NCBI GenBank assembly: GCA_965199715.1
Contig: OZ241322.1
Span: forward strand, 73,226 to 137,225
DNA length: 64,000 bases
Direction of reading: 5' to 3'
Source: Vicinamibacteria bacterium
GTDB lineage: Bacteria > Acidobacteriota > Vicinamibacteria > Marinacidobacterales > Marinacidobacteraceae
Below are positions 18,075 to 27,689 of the stretch, piece by piece; position 1 is the stretch's first letter; every line of letters starts with the position of its first letter. The notes beneath the pieces are model-generated. The model saw only the letters and a list, made by a program, of their open reading frames with translations. It was not told the DNA's origin and did no database searches. The position numbers and the translations under genes were made by a program.

Positions 18075-21000
18075 GCGCGTAGTCGCGCAACTGGTCCCGG
18101 CCGATCCGGCCGACGCTGAAGTACCGCGCTTCGGGGCTTCCGAAGTACATCCCGGCCACCGACGCGGCCGGATGGATCGCGAAGTTCTCGGTGAGCGCGA
18201 CCCCGATCCGCGCCGGGGCGTCCAGAAGCTCGAACACGTCGGCGAGGATTCCGAGGTCGGGCGTCGCGGGATAGCCGGGCGCGGGCCGGATCCCCTGGTA
18301 CGCCTCCCGCAGCAGATCCTCGGGTGCCAGGTTCTCGTCGCGCCCGTAGCCGAGCGCGCGCCGCGCCTCCTGGTGGGTCTTCTCGGCGAGCGCCTCGGCC
18401 AGCCGGTCGCCGAGCGAACGCAGGAGCAGCGCGTCGTAGTCGTCTCCCTCCGCCGCCCGCACGAGATCGTCCAGCCCGGCGACGGTCACGGCGAACAGCC
18501 CGACCGTGTCCGCTTCGGAATCGAGGAAGTCGGCGGCGGCGAGGCGCGGGCCGGGCCGATCCTCCTGCTGGCGGAGCGTCGGGATGCGGCGAAGCGCCCG
18601 CTGCGGGTCCTCGGGATCGCGGACCTCGAGGTCGTCCCCGACCGAGACCGCCGGGAACAGCCCGAAGACCGCCTCGCCCGAGAGACCGTCCAGCCCCTCG
18701 AGCCGCGCCCGGGCGGCGTCGTGAAGCTCGCGGGCGGCGGGACCGGCGTAGGGGTGGTCGAGGAGCGCCGGGAATGTTCCCCGGAACTGCCAGGCGTGGA
18801 AGAACGGCGTCCAGTCGATGTACGGGACGAGATCGACGACGGGAACGCTCCGCCGGCGGAACCCGAAGAACTCGGGGCGCACCGACTCCGCGCGCGCGAA
18901 CCGGGGAGCGCGGGCGCGGGCCTCCTCGAGGCCCAGCAGCTTCGGCCGGGAGCGCGGGTCGCGCCGGCGGATCGCTTCCTGCTCGTCCCGGTTCCGTGCG
19001 ACGAACGCGTCCCGGTCCGCGCCGAGGAGCGCCGCCGCCACCCCCGACGCCCGGGACGCGTCCGCCACGTGCACCACCGGCGCGGCGCGCTTGGGGGCGA
19101 TCCGCAGCGCCGTGTGGCGGACCGAGGTCGTCGCCCCGCCGATCAGCAGCGGCGTCGCGACCCCCCGGCGTTCCATTTCTTCGGCGAAGCGCTCCATCTC
19201 GTCGAGCGACGGCGTGATGAGGCCGGAAAGCCCGATCAGCGAGGCCTCCGAGTCCAGCGCGGCGTCGAGGATCCGGTCCGCCGGGACCATGACCCCGAGG
19301 TCGTGGATCCGGTAGCCGTTGCAGGCCAGCACGATGCCCACGATGCTCTTGCCGATGTCGTGGACATCGCCGCGCACCGTCGCGAGCACGATGGAGCCGC
19401 GCCGCGCGCCGGCGTCGGTCTCCATGAAGGGCTCGAGCGCGGCGACCGCCCGCTTCATCACCCGCGCGCTCTTGACCACCTGAGGCAGGAACATCCGCCC
19501 GGCCCCGAACCGGTCGCCGACGACGCGCATCCCGTCCATGAGCGGCCCCTCGATCACCGCAAGCGCCTCGCCATGCTCGCCGAGCGCTTCCACGGCGTCC
19601 CGCTCCATGTGGTCGAGAACGCCTTCGAGGACCGCCCGGGCGAGCCGCTCGCCCACCGGCAGGTCGTCCCGCCGCTCGGCCTTGCGGCTGCGAAGCCGCG
19701 CCCGCGCTCCGGCGGCCGCCTCGACGAGCCGCTCCGTCGCGTCCGGACGGCGGGCGAGGAGCACGTCCTCCACCCGCTCGCGCAGCGCCTCGGGAATCGA
19801 GTCGATCGGTGGCAGCCTCCCGGCGTTCACGATCGCCATGTCGAGGCCGGCGGCGATCGCGTGGTGCAAGAAGACCGAGTTCATGGCTTGGCGCACCGCC
19901 TCGTTCCCCCGAAACGCGAACGAGACGTTCGAGACTCCGCCGGAGAGCAGCGACCCCGGGCACGCCTCCCTGATGAGCGGCAGCGACGCGAGGAACTCCA
20001 GCGCGTAGCGGTCGTGCTCGGGAATTCCCGTGGCCACCGCGAGCACGTTGGGGTCGAGGATCACGTCCTCGGGCGGAAAACCGACGCGCTCGACCAGAAG
20101 GCGCGCCGCCCGCGCCGCGATCGCCGTCTTCCGCTCCCGGTCCACCGCCTGGCCCCGCTCGTCGAAGGCCATCACCACTGTCGCGGCCCCGAACCGGCGC
20201 ACCCGCTCCGCCGCCCGCAGGAAGGCGTCCTCGCCGTCCTTCAGCGAGAGCGAGTTCACGACGCACTTGCCGGGCGCCGCCCGAAGCCCGCGCTCCAGCA
20301 CGCCCTGCCGCGAGCTGTCGATCATGATCGGGAGGCGGGCGACCTCCGGCTCCATCGCCACCAGCCGGAGGAACCGCTCCATCGCCGCCTCCGCGTCCAG
20401 AAGCGCGTCGTCCATGTTTACGTCGATGAGGTTCGCGCCGCTGCTCACCTGGTCCCGCGCGACCGCGAGCGCCTCTTCCAGCCGCTCCTCGCGGACGAGG
20501 CGGGCGAACTTGCGGGAGCCGGTGACGTTCGTGCGCTCGCCGATCACGAGGAAGCTGCCCTCGGGGCGCACGAGCGGCTCGGTCCCGGCGAGGCGGAGGC
20601 GGCGCGCGGGGCGGGGGACGCCGCGCGGCGGCACGTCCCGGACCGCCGCCCCGATCGCCTCGACGTGCTCGGGGCCGGTTCCGCAGCACCCCCCGACCGC
20701 ATTCACGAGGCCGTCCCCGGCGAGGCTGCGTATCTCCCGGGCCATCGCCTCGGGGGTTTCGTCGTACTCGCCGAGCTCGTTCGGAAGCCCGGCGTTCGGC
20801 GCGAGCGTGATGGGAACCGCCGCCTCCCGCGCCAGATCCCGAACGAACGGGCGCATCGCCCCGGGGCCGAGCGAGCAGTTGATTCCGGCCGCCGTGACCG
20901 CGGCGTGGCCGACCGAGATCCAGAACGCCTCCGCGGTGTGCCCGGTCAGGTTCCGTCCGCTCCGATCGACCGCGGTGAACGAGACCACCAGGCCGGCGCG

Positions 21001-21600
21001 GCCCGGCGCCCGGTCGATGGCTTCGGTGGCGGCGTCCAGCGCCGCCTTCGCGTTCAGCGTGTCGAAGCAGGTCTCCACCAGAAGGACGTCGGCCCCGCCC
21101 TCGAGCAGCCCGGACGCCTGCTCTGCGTAGGAGTCGCGCAGCTCGTCGTAGCCCAGCGCGCGATGCGCCGGGTCGGCCACGTCGGGGGAGATCCCGAGCG
21201 TGCGGTTCGTGGGCCCCATGGAGCCGAGCACGAAGACCTCCGGCCCGCCCGCCCGCCGCGCCAGCGCCGCGCCCGCCCGGTTGATCTCGAACGCGAGGCT
21301 CGCCGCGCCGTAGTCGGCGAGCGAGATCGAGGTCGCGGTGAACGTGTTCGTGGTCAGCGCCTCGGCTCCCGCCGCGAGGTAGCGCCGATGCACCCCGAGC
21401 ACCAGCTCGGGCCGGGTCAGGCAGAGCGCGTCGCCGAGGCCGGCGAGCGGCTGCGGGTGGTCGCGAAGCCGCTCGCCCCGATACCCCGCCTCGTCGAGCC
21501 GCTCCCGCTGGATCATGGTCCCGATCGCGCCGTCGATGAGCAGGATGCGCTGCGCCAGGGCGTCCAGCAGCGCCCCGTGGCGGTCGTCGCGAGCGGTCAT
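18016..21600 (-). CDS. metH: Cobalamin-dependent methionine synthase MetH
   Basis: 1194 aa with the Hcy-binding domain ('LIDGAIGTMIQ', 'GGCCGTGPEH'), pterin-binding, B12-binding ('VRGDVHDIGKSIV') and AdoMet-activation domains in canonical order. Confidence 0.92.
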   Translation of the reverse strand: MTARDDRHGALLDALAQRILLIDGAIGTMIQRERLDEAGYRGERLRDHPQPLAGLGDALCLTRPELVLGVHRRYLAAGAEALTTNTFTATSISLADYGAASLAFEINRAGAALARRAGGPEVFVLGSMGPTNRTLGISPDVADPAHRALGYDELRDSYAEQASGLLEGGADVLLVETCFDTLNAKAALDAATEAIDRAPGRAGLVVSFTAVDRSGRNLTGHTAEAFWISVGHAAVTAAGINCSLGPGAMRPFVRDLAREAAVPITLAPNAGLPNELGEYDETPEAMAREIRSLAGDGLVNAVGGCCGTGPEHVEAIGAAVRDVPPRGVPRPARRLRLAGTEPLVRPEGSFLVIGERTNVTGSRKFARLVREERLEEALAVARDQVSSGANLIDVNMDDALLDAEAAMERFLRLVAMEPEVARLPIMIDSSRQGVLERGLRAAPGKCVVNSLSLKDGEDAFLRAAERVRRFGAATVVMAFDERGQAVDRERKTAIAARAARLLVERVGFPPEDVILDPNVLAVATGIPEHDRYALEFLASLPLIREACPGSLLSGGVSNVSFAFRGNEAVRQAMNSVFLHHAIAAGLDMAIVNAGRLPPIDSIPEALRERVEDVLLARRPDATERLVEAAAGARARLRSRKAERRDDLPVGERLARAVLEGVLDHMERDAVEALGEHGEALAVIEGPLMDGMRVVGDRFGAGRMFLPQVVKSARVMKRAVAALEPFMETDAGARRGSIVLATVRGDVHDIGKSIVGIVLACNGYRIHDLGVMVPADRILDAALDSEASLIGLSGLITPSLDEMERFAEEMERRGVATPLLIGGATTSVRHTALRIAPKRAAPVVHVADASRASGVAAALLGADRDAFVARNRDEQEAIRRRDPRSRPKLLGLEEARARAPRFARAESVRPEFFGFRRRSVPVVDLVPYIDWTPFFHAWQFRGTFPALLDHPYAGPAARELHDAARARLEGLDGLSGEAVFGLFPAVSVGDDLEVRDPEDPQRALRRIPTLRQQEDRPGPRLAAADFLDSEADTVGLFAVTVAGLDDLVRAAEGDDYDALLLRSLGDRLAEALAEKTHQEARRALGYGRDENLAPEDLLREAYQGIRPAPGYPATPDLGILADVFELLDAPARIGVALTENFAIHPAASVAGMYFGSPEARYFSVGRIGRDQLRDYALRRGIPAERAETLLRRLLG

Positions 21601-21639
21601 TGGCGCCCGGAAGTGTAGGGGTAGGATTGCCGGGCGCCG

Positions 21640-22871
21640 TGAGCCGCATCCCCCTCCACCTTCAGGTCGTCATCGGCGCGGTCGCCGGAATCCTCGTCGG
21701 CGCGCTCGTGGGCGAACCGGCGTCCCTGCTCCAGCCGGTTGCGGATCTCTTCGTCCAGTTGCTGCGGATGATCATCGCCCCGATGATCTTCCTCACGCTG
21801 GCGGTGGCCATCATCGGCCACGGGGCGCGGTCGGTTTCGGGCGTCGGCGTCCGGGCGGTCGCCTACAACCTCGTCACGCTCTCGATCGCGCTCGCCGTCG
21901 GGATCGGCGTCGCCGCCGCGCTCGGCCCGGGCGAGGGTCTGGACGCCGCGACCCGCGCCTCGCTGGAGGGGAGCGGAACGGCTCCGGCGGTGACGGGCGA
22001 GCCCCGGTCGGCCCTCGACGTCCTCATCGGCGTCGTCCCGACGAACGTCTTCAGCGCGTTCGTGGACGGCGACGTCCTCCAGATCCTCTTCCTCGCGATC
22101 CTCTTCGGCGTGGCGGTGCGGGCGGTGGGGATCGACCGGTTGGACGGCCTCGTGCGCGTCGTGCGGGGCATGAACCAGCTCGTGTACAAGGTGGTCCACT
22201 GGGTGGTGCTGCTCGCCCCGTTCGGCGTGTTCGCGATCCTCGCCGCGGTGGTGGGCCGCAGCGGGCTCGGCATCCTCGGCGCGCTCGCGTGGTACTGCGC
22301 CGTGGTCTTCCTCGCGATCCTCGCGCACGTCACGTTCGTCCACGTCGGCGCGGTTCGCGTTCTCGCCCGGCAGCCGCTCGGCAACTTCCTTCGGGCGCTG
22401 CGGGAGCCGCTTCCGATCGCCTTCGCGGCGGTCTCGACCGCGGCGGCGCTTCCGGCGTCCATGGTGGCCGTGCCGCGCGAGACCGGGATCACCGAGCGCG
22501 CCGCTGGGTTCGTGCTGCCGCTCGGGGCCGCCGCCGGACGCGATTCCAGCGGGATCTACCAAGTCGTCTCGGTGCTTTGCATCGCCCAGCTCGTGGGCCG
22601 CTCGCTCGACGGCCCCGAACTCTTCCTGCTGTGGGTGACCGCGATCCTCTCCTCGCTCGCGGTCGCGGCGGTGCCGGGCGCGAGCTTCGTGAACCTGACC
22701 ATCCTGCTGGACGCCGTCGGCCTTCCGGTCACGCTCGCCGCGCTCGTGTTCGCGGTGGAGCGGCCGCTCGACCACCTGCGCACCAGCGGGAATCTCATCG
22801 GCCAGCTCGCCAACGCGACGTTCACCGGAGCGACGAGCGGCGAGATCGGACCGCCGGGACGAAGGCGCTGA
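21640..22871 (+). CDS. Dicarboxylate/amino-acid:cation symporter (DAACS family, GltP/DctA-like)
   Basis: Multi-TM protein. 'AFAAVSTAAALPASMVAVPRETGI...FVLPLGAAAGRDSSGIYQVVSVLCIAQLVG' matches DAACS TM7/HP2 motifs. GTG 21640 chosen; the TTG at 21600 would coincide with the metH start codon. Confidence 0.75.
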
Positions 22872-22872
22872 G

Positions 22873-23781
22873 TTGCGGCGCGTCCTCCTCGCGCTGCCGC
22901 TCCTCGTCGGCTGCGGCGGCTCCGAACCGAGTTCGGTCGCGCCGACTCCGCCATCCGCGGCGAACGTGCGGGGCATGGTCGTCGCTACGGTCACCGGCGT
23001 CCCGGCCCCGGGCGCGACGCTGCGCGCCGGGGAGCGGACCGCGAGCGCCGGCTCGGACGGCCGATTCTCGCTGGACCTCCCCGTCGGGACGCACCGGATC
23101 ACGCTCTCCGCCCCCGGCTTTGTGGAGCGCGTGACGACGATCCGGGCGCCCAACGCCGACCTGCGGCTCGACCTCATCCCCGAGGCGGCCCCGTGGGACC
23201 TGCGGTTCTATCGGGAGCTGGCCCGAAACGGCGCTGGCGGCGGCGACCTGGAGCCGCTGCGCCGCTGGAACCAGGAGCCGGTCTTCTACGTCGATTCCAA
23301 CCCCGAGCCCACGACCGGCGACCTGGTTCCCGAAGCCGCGATCGAGCTCGTCCTGGAAGCGATCCGGGTGACCGTGCCGCTGCTCACCGGCGGCCGCTTC
23401 ACCGGCGAGCGGGTCCACGTCACGACGGACCCGCCCGCCGACATGACGCCGGGCACGGTCGTGCTGCGCTGGAACGCCGCCGAGGTGGAGTCCGAGATCG
23501 GCGTGGGGGACGCCTTCGCCTACCGGGTCGGCGGACCGGCGAACGTGGTCGTCTTCCGGCACTTCGAGCAGACCTTCGCCGCGCACCACGAGATCGGGCA
23601 CGTGCTCGGCCTCTACCACCCGCTCGGCGGCTTTCGGCCCTCGCACATGTGGTACTCCGGCGTCCTCGACCCGCCCCACTTCACCCAGTGGGACGTCTTC
23701 CACGCCCGCGTCCTCTACAGCCGGCCCGAGGGCAACTCCGATCCGGACGTGGACCCGCCGGGCTTCGTGGCCGGTGAGTAG
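22873..23781 (+). CDS. Lipoprotein zinc metallopeptidase (carboxypeptidase-regulatory-like domain + HExxH)
   Basis: Lipobox 'LLVGCGG'. 'GMVVATVTGVPAPGATLRAGERTASAGSDGRFSLDLPVGTHRITLSAPGF' (CarbopepD_reg-like). 'AAHHEIGHVLGLYHP' zinc site. Confidence 0.65.
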   Translation: MRRVLLALPLLVGCGGSEPSSVAPTPPSAANVRGMVVATVTGVPAPGATLRAGERTASAGSDGRFSLDLPVGTHRITLSAPGFVERVTTIRAPNADLRLDLIPEAAPWDLRFYRELARNGAGGGDLEPLRRWNQEPVFYVDSNPEPTTGDLVPEAAIELVLEAIRVTVPLLTGGRFTGERVHVTTDPPADMTPGTVVLRWNAAEVESEIGVGDAFAYRVGGPANVVVFRHFEQTFAAHHEIGHVLGLYHPLGGFRPSHMWYSGVLDPPHFTQWDVFHARVLYSRPEGNSDPDVDPPGFVAGE

Positions 23782-23782
23782 G

Positions 23783-25312
23783 TCAGGGAACGAGCAGGTT
23801 CCGCCGGAGCCGGCCGGCCGCCGGGTCGGACATCCCGTCGGCGAGCGTCGAGGCGAAGCCGGGCCCGTAGCGCCCGGCGAAGACGAGCGGCCCCAGCCGA
23901 CGCTCCTGCGGCGCGCCGCCGGGGAAGAGCGCGTTCCGCGCCCGCAGGAAGCGCCGCCGCCGCTCCTGGTCGCGCCGCTTGGCCGCCCGCAGCGCCTTGC
24001 CCTCCAGATCGCCGAGGATGCCCAGCACCTTGCCCCGCGCGCGGGCGACGGCTCCGGCGAGGCTCGGGTCGAGCGCCCCGAGCGCCGCCTCGACCGCGGC
24101 GAGCCGTTCCTCGTTCGCGGCCCGCGCCGAAGCGAGCGCCGCGTCGGAACGGGGATCGCCGGAGCGCCGGTTGAGCGCGGCCTCGTCGGCGTGCGAGAGC
24201 TCATCGAAGCCGATCCCGTCCTCGTCCAGAACCCGCAGCGCCGGCCGATGCAGGATGCTGACGAGGTGCCGCGGCAGCACCAGCGGCCGCGGAATTCCGT
24301 GGAGTTCGTAGAGCGCTCCCATCTGCGCGTGGTAGGCGAGCTCCGACGGCCCCGCGACGTACGCCGCGGTGGGGAGGAGCGCGTCCTGGACCAGCGGGCG
24401 CAAGAGCACCGCGGCGCTCGCGCGTTCCGGCGCGGACTCCAGATCCGGCCACGGCGGCTCGGCGCGGCTGCGGACGGAGTCCACCGTTCGGAAGACGCCG
24501 TACCCGGTCGGGCTCGCCTGCGGCGCGAACCCCCGCGCCTCGATTCGCGCGCTCGTCGACTCCACGAGCGCCCGCGCCTCGTCCTGCCGGTCGAGCGCCG
24601 CCCGATAGACCGGCGTCGCCAGCGCCTTCAGCGCCGGGTCGCTCGGGTTCATCACGACGAGTCCGGACCCCCGGGTCAGCCACGCGAGCAGCCGGGCGAA
24701 GGCGCCCGCGAGCGTCCGGCCCGGCCGGTAGGCGTCGCGCGCGGCGGCGACCGTTTCTTCGGAGAACGCCGTCTTCGGCAGCGTCCGCTCGAACTCGTCC
24801 AGCAGCGTCAGGACGTTGTCGTCCAGCCGGCGCACCGATCCCGGCGTTCCCGGCGCCTCGTCGTCCGGGGCGTACCGCAGCGAGACCGGCTTCCCGCCCG
24901 AATCCAGGATCCACGCGGTCCGGATTTCCTCGAAATCGTGGTCGTCGCCCTCGACCCAGAACACCGGCACCGCCGGGCGCCCGGCGCGCTCCTCGAATCG
25001 CCGCGCCGCCACGACCGTCGAGATCGCCTTCGCGAGCCCGTAGAGCGGTCCGCCGAGGAGACCCGGCTGCTGGCCGGTGACGATCGCGACCGCGCTCGGA
25101 TCGGCGAGGCGGCCGGCTGCCTCGCCGCCTTGCCGGACGAGCGCCTCTGCGACCGCCTCCCGGGGTCGGGCGAGGCTCAGCGTCCGCTCGACCGCGTCCC
25201 GCTCGGCGTCCGGAGCGAACGGATCGGGCAGGAACTCGGCGAACCCGCCCGGATCCCGCGCCCACGCCCCGAAGAACCCGCCCGGCGGGAGGTCGAGCGT
25301 CCGGACGTTCAC
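23783..25312 (-). CDS. bshC: Bacillithiol biosynthesis cysteine-adding enzyme BshC
   Basis: 'AIVTGQQPGLLGGPLY' and 'VPVFWVEGDDHDFEEI' match the B. subtilis BshC motifs 'VVVGGQQAGLLTGPLY' and 'IPIFWVAGEDHDLDEI'. GTG 25312 overlaps the lepB stop (GTGA). Confidence 0.85.
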   Translation of the reverse strand: MNVRTLDLPPGGFFGAWARDPGGFAEFLPDPFAPDAERDAVERTLSLARPREAVAEALVRQGGEAAGRLADPSAVAIVTGQQPGLLGGPLYGLAKAISTVVAARRFEERAGRPAVPVFWVEGDDHDFEEIRTAWILDSGGKPVSLRYAPDDEAPGTPGSVRRLDDNVLTLLDEFERTLPKTAFSEETVAAARDAYRPGRTLAGAFARLLAWLTRGSGLVVMNPSDPALKALATPVYRAALDRQDEARALVESTSARIEARGFAPQASPTGYGVFRTVDSVRSRAEPPWPDLESAPERASAAVLLRPLVQDALLPTAAYVAGPSELAYHAQMGALYELHGIPRPLVLPRHLVSILHRPALRVLDEDGIGFDELSHADEAALNRRSGDPRSDAALASARAANEERLAAVEAALGALDPSLAGAVARARGKVLGILGDLEGKALRAAKRRDQERRRRFLRARNALFPGGAPQERRLGPLVFAGRYGPGFASTLADGMSDPAAGRLRRNLLVP

Positions 25313-25740
25313 AGCCGGCCCATCCGTTCAAGCGGCCAGTAGCGGAACAGCACCTTCCCCACGATGGCCTCGCCCGCGACCGCGCCGAACTGGCGGCTGT
25401 CCCGGCTGCGCCCGCGGTTGTCCCCGAGCACGAAGTAGCGGTCGCCGTCGAGGACCAGCGGCGCGGGGGCGCGGCCCCGGCGAGCGGCGAACCGCACCGT
25501 GTCTCCCGGAAGCGCCACCACCCGCTTCACCATCGCGGTCTCCCGATGGTCGAACACGACGAGATCGCCGCGATCCACGCCGAACCACCGGAACCCCGCC
25601 GGGCTGATGAGGATGCGCTCCCCCGGCTGGAGCGCCGGCGCCATGCTGCGGCCCTCGACCCGGTAGCTGCGGACCGCGTGGCCCGCCCCGAATCCGAGCG
25701 CGCCGGCGGCGAGCAGCGTGAGCGCGACCCGGACTCTCAC
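25309..25740 (-). CDS. lepB: Signal peptidase I
   Basis: TM anchor, then 'GRSMAPAL' (Ser box), 'VKRVVALPGDTV' (Lys box) and 'GDNRGRSRDSR' (box E). GTG 25740 overlaps the argS stop (GTGA). Confidence 0.8.
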   Translation of the reverse strand: MRVRVALTLLAAGALGFGAGHAVRSYRVEGRSMAPALQPGERILISPAGFRWFGVDRGDLVVFDHRETAMVKRVVALPGDTVRFAARRGRAPAPLVLDGDRYFVLGDNRGRSRDSRQFGAVAGEAIVGKVLFRYWPLERMGRL

Positions 25741-27644
25741 ATGCGCTCCGGGGCGGGGATGCCGAGCAGCGCCATCCCCGCCGCGTGCCACGCGAGGAAG
25801 CAGGCGACCGCGTGCGCCCGCAGCTCGAGGGCGTTCGCGTCCGGCTCGCCCGCGATCCGGTAGCGGTGGTAGAAGGCGTTGAAGCGCTGGGCGCCGTCGT
25901 AGGCCCAGCGGGCGAGGATCTGGGGTTCCTCGGATTCCGCGGCGCGGGCGGCCGCGTCCCGCAGCGAGGCGGCCTCGCGCATCAGCGTCCAGAGCGCGGT
26001 GGACTCCTCGGGATCGAGCGCGTCGAGGCGACGGTCGAGGTCGGGCAGGGGAGCGGGCGGACGATCGGGAACCTCCGCGCCGATGCGCACGAGGATGTTG
26101 CGGGCGCGGACCGCCGCGTACTGGAGGTACGGGCCGGTCGCGCCGTCGAAGCTGAGCGCCTCGTCGAGGTCGAACGCGATGATCTGGCTCTTCGTGACCT
26201 TGACCATCAGGTACCGCAGCGCCCCGACGGCGACGTCCCGCGCCAGCGCCCACCGCGCCGCCTCGTCGAGGTCGGGATTCCGACGCGCGACCTCCTCCCC
26301 GGCCCGCTCGATGAGCGCGTCGAGGAAGTCGTCCGCCTTCACCCCAATGCCCTTGCGCCCGGACACCTCCACGCTGCCGCGCCCCGAGCCGTCGCCGAGG
26401 CCGAGCCGCTCGAGCGTCGCCCGCGTGAGCGAGACCATCTCGTAGGCGAAGTGCCGCGTCCGGGCGCGGTCCGCCTCCGTCGTCAGGCGGGCGACGGCCT
26501 CCTGGACGATCTGCTGCGGGTAGGACTGGCGGGCGTCGATCACGTGGTGGACGACCGCGCCGGCGCCGAACGTCGGCGCGTCCGGGTCCGCCTCCCCGTC
26601 GGTCGTGATCCACGCGGTGGCGCCGTCCGGATAGCAGTGGAACCGGCGGGAGCGGAATTCGAGGCCGAGCAGGCCGATCTGCCACAACTGATACGGGATG
26701 TCCTTGCCCACGTAGGTCACGGTGCCGTTCGAGCGGACGATCACCTTCTCGCCGTCCTGCGCGAGCGGGGTGTCCATGACCCAGCAGCCCCGGTTCTTGC
26801 CGGAGTCGCTCAGCCGGATCGCGCCGCGCTCCTGCAGCAGCTCGAACGCGCGGTCCCAGAAGCGGAGCCGAAGGATCGTCTTCTCGCAGGGCAGGACGTC
26901 GTAGCGCGCCCCGATCCGCTCCATCGTCTCGACGTGGCGAAGCGCGACCCGATCCGCGACGATCGCGCCGATCTCCGACCACGGCGGATCGCCGTGTTCG
27001 AGGCCCCACAGCGCCTCGCGCCGCAGCTCCGCCCGCTCCGGATCCTCTTCCAGCCAGCGCGAGACCTCGGTGTAGAGCTCCCAGCAGAGGTAGTCGAAGC
27101 GCGGCTTCCGGGCGAGCTCCCGCACTGCGTCGGCGTCGAGCCCGCGCAGCGCGACGAAGCCGAGCGCCACGTCGGCCACCTGCACCCCGGTGTCGTCGAT
27201 GTAGTTGTGGATCTCGACCGCGTGGCCGAGGAACTTCAGAATGCGGGCGAAGGAATCGCCGAGCGCCGCGTTCCGCAGGTGGCCGATGTGCGCGGCCTTG
27301 TTGGGGTTGATGCAGGTGTGCTCGACGATGCGCAGCCCGTCCGGCGCCTGCGTCGGCGGTTCGGCGGCGGCGCGCAGCCAGCGCTCCCGGTCGAGGAACA
27401 CGTTCACGTAGCCCGGGCCGGCGACTTCGACCCGCCGCACGGCCGGATGAGCTTCGAGCGACGCAGCGATCGAGGCCGCGATCTCGCGGGGCGGCCGCCG
27501 GAGGACGCGGGCGAGGGCGAGCGCGGCGGGGAACGCGACGTCGCCCCGGTCCGGGCTGGCGGGGGTGTCCGCGACGACCCGCGGTTTCGGGACGCCGAGG
27601 TCCCGAACCGCCTCCCGGACCGTATCGACCAGTCCGGTGAGCAT
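25737..27644 (-). CDS. argS: Arginine--tRNA ligase
   Basis: 'INPNKAAHIGHLRNAALGDSF' HIGH motif, ArgRS N-terminal and anticodon-binding regions, 635 aa. Confidence 0.92.
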   Translation of the reverse strand: MLTGLVDTVREAVRDLGVPKPRVVADTPASPDRGDVAFPAALALARVLRRPPREIAASIAASLEAHPAVRRVEVAGPGYVNVFLDRERWLRAAAEPPTQAPDGLRIVEHTCINPNKAAHIGHLRNAALGDSFARILKFLGHAVEIHNYIDDTGVQVADVALGFVALRGLDADAVRELARKPRFDYLCWELYTEVSRWLEEDPERAELRREALWGLEHGDPPWSEIGAIVADRVALRHVETMERIGARYDVLPCEKTILRLRFWDRAFELLQERGAIRLSDSGKNRGCWVMDTPLAQDGEKVIVRSNGTVTYVGKDIPYQLWQIGLLGLEFRSRRFHCYPDGATAWITTDGEADPDAPTFGAGAVVHHVIDARQSYPQQIVQEAVARLTTEADRARTRHFAYEMVSLTRATLERLGLGDGSGRGSVEVSGRKGIGVKADDFLDALIERAGEEVARRNPDLDEAARWALARDVAVGALRYLMVKVTKSQIIAFDLDEALSFDGATGPYLQYAAVRARNILVRIGAEVPDRPPAPLPDLDRRLDALDPEESTALWTLMREAASLRDAAARAAESEEPQILARWAYDGAQRFNAFYHRYRIAGEPDANALELRAHAVACFLAWHAAGMALLGIPAPERM

Positions 27645-27689
27645 GAGGGATCGGCGCGGATTCTATGCCGCGCTTCCTAGAATCCCCGC

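Noticed and set aside
21600-21639. TTG at 21600 as the symporter start
   Set aside because: It would share its position with the metH start codon on the opposite strand. GTG 21640, just before the first TM helix, is more plausible.
17117-21649. 1510-aa minus ORF, 1148-aa plus ORF (18172..21618) and other alternative frames over metH
   Set aside because: The metH frame (18016..21600) carries all four canonical MetH domains. The others are R/G/P-rich shadows.
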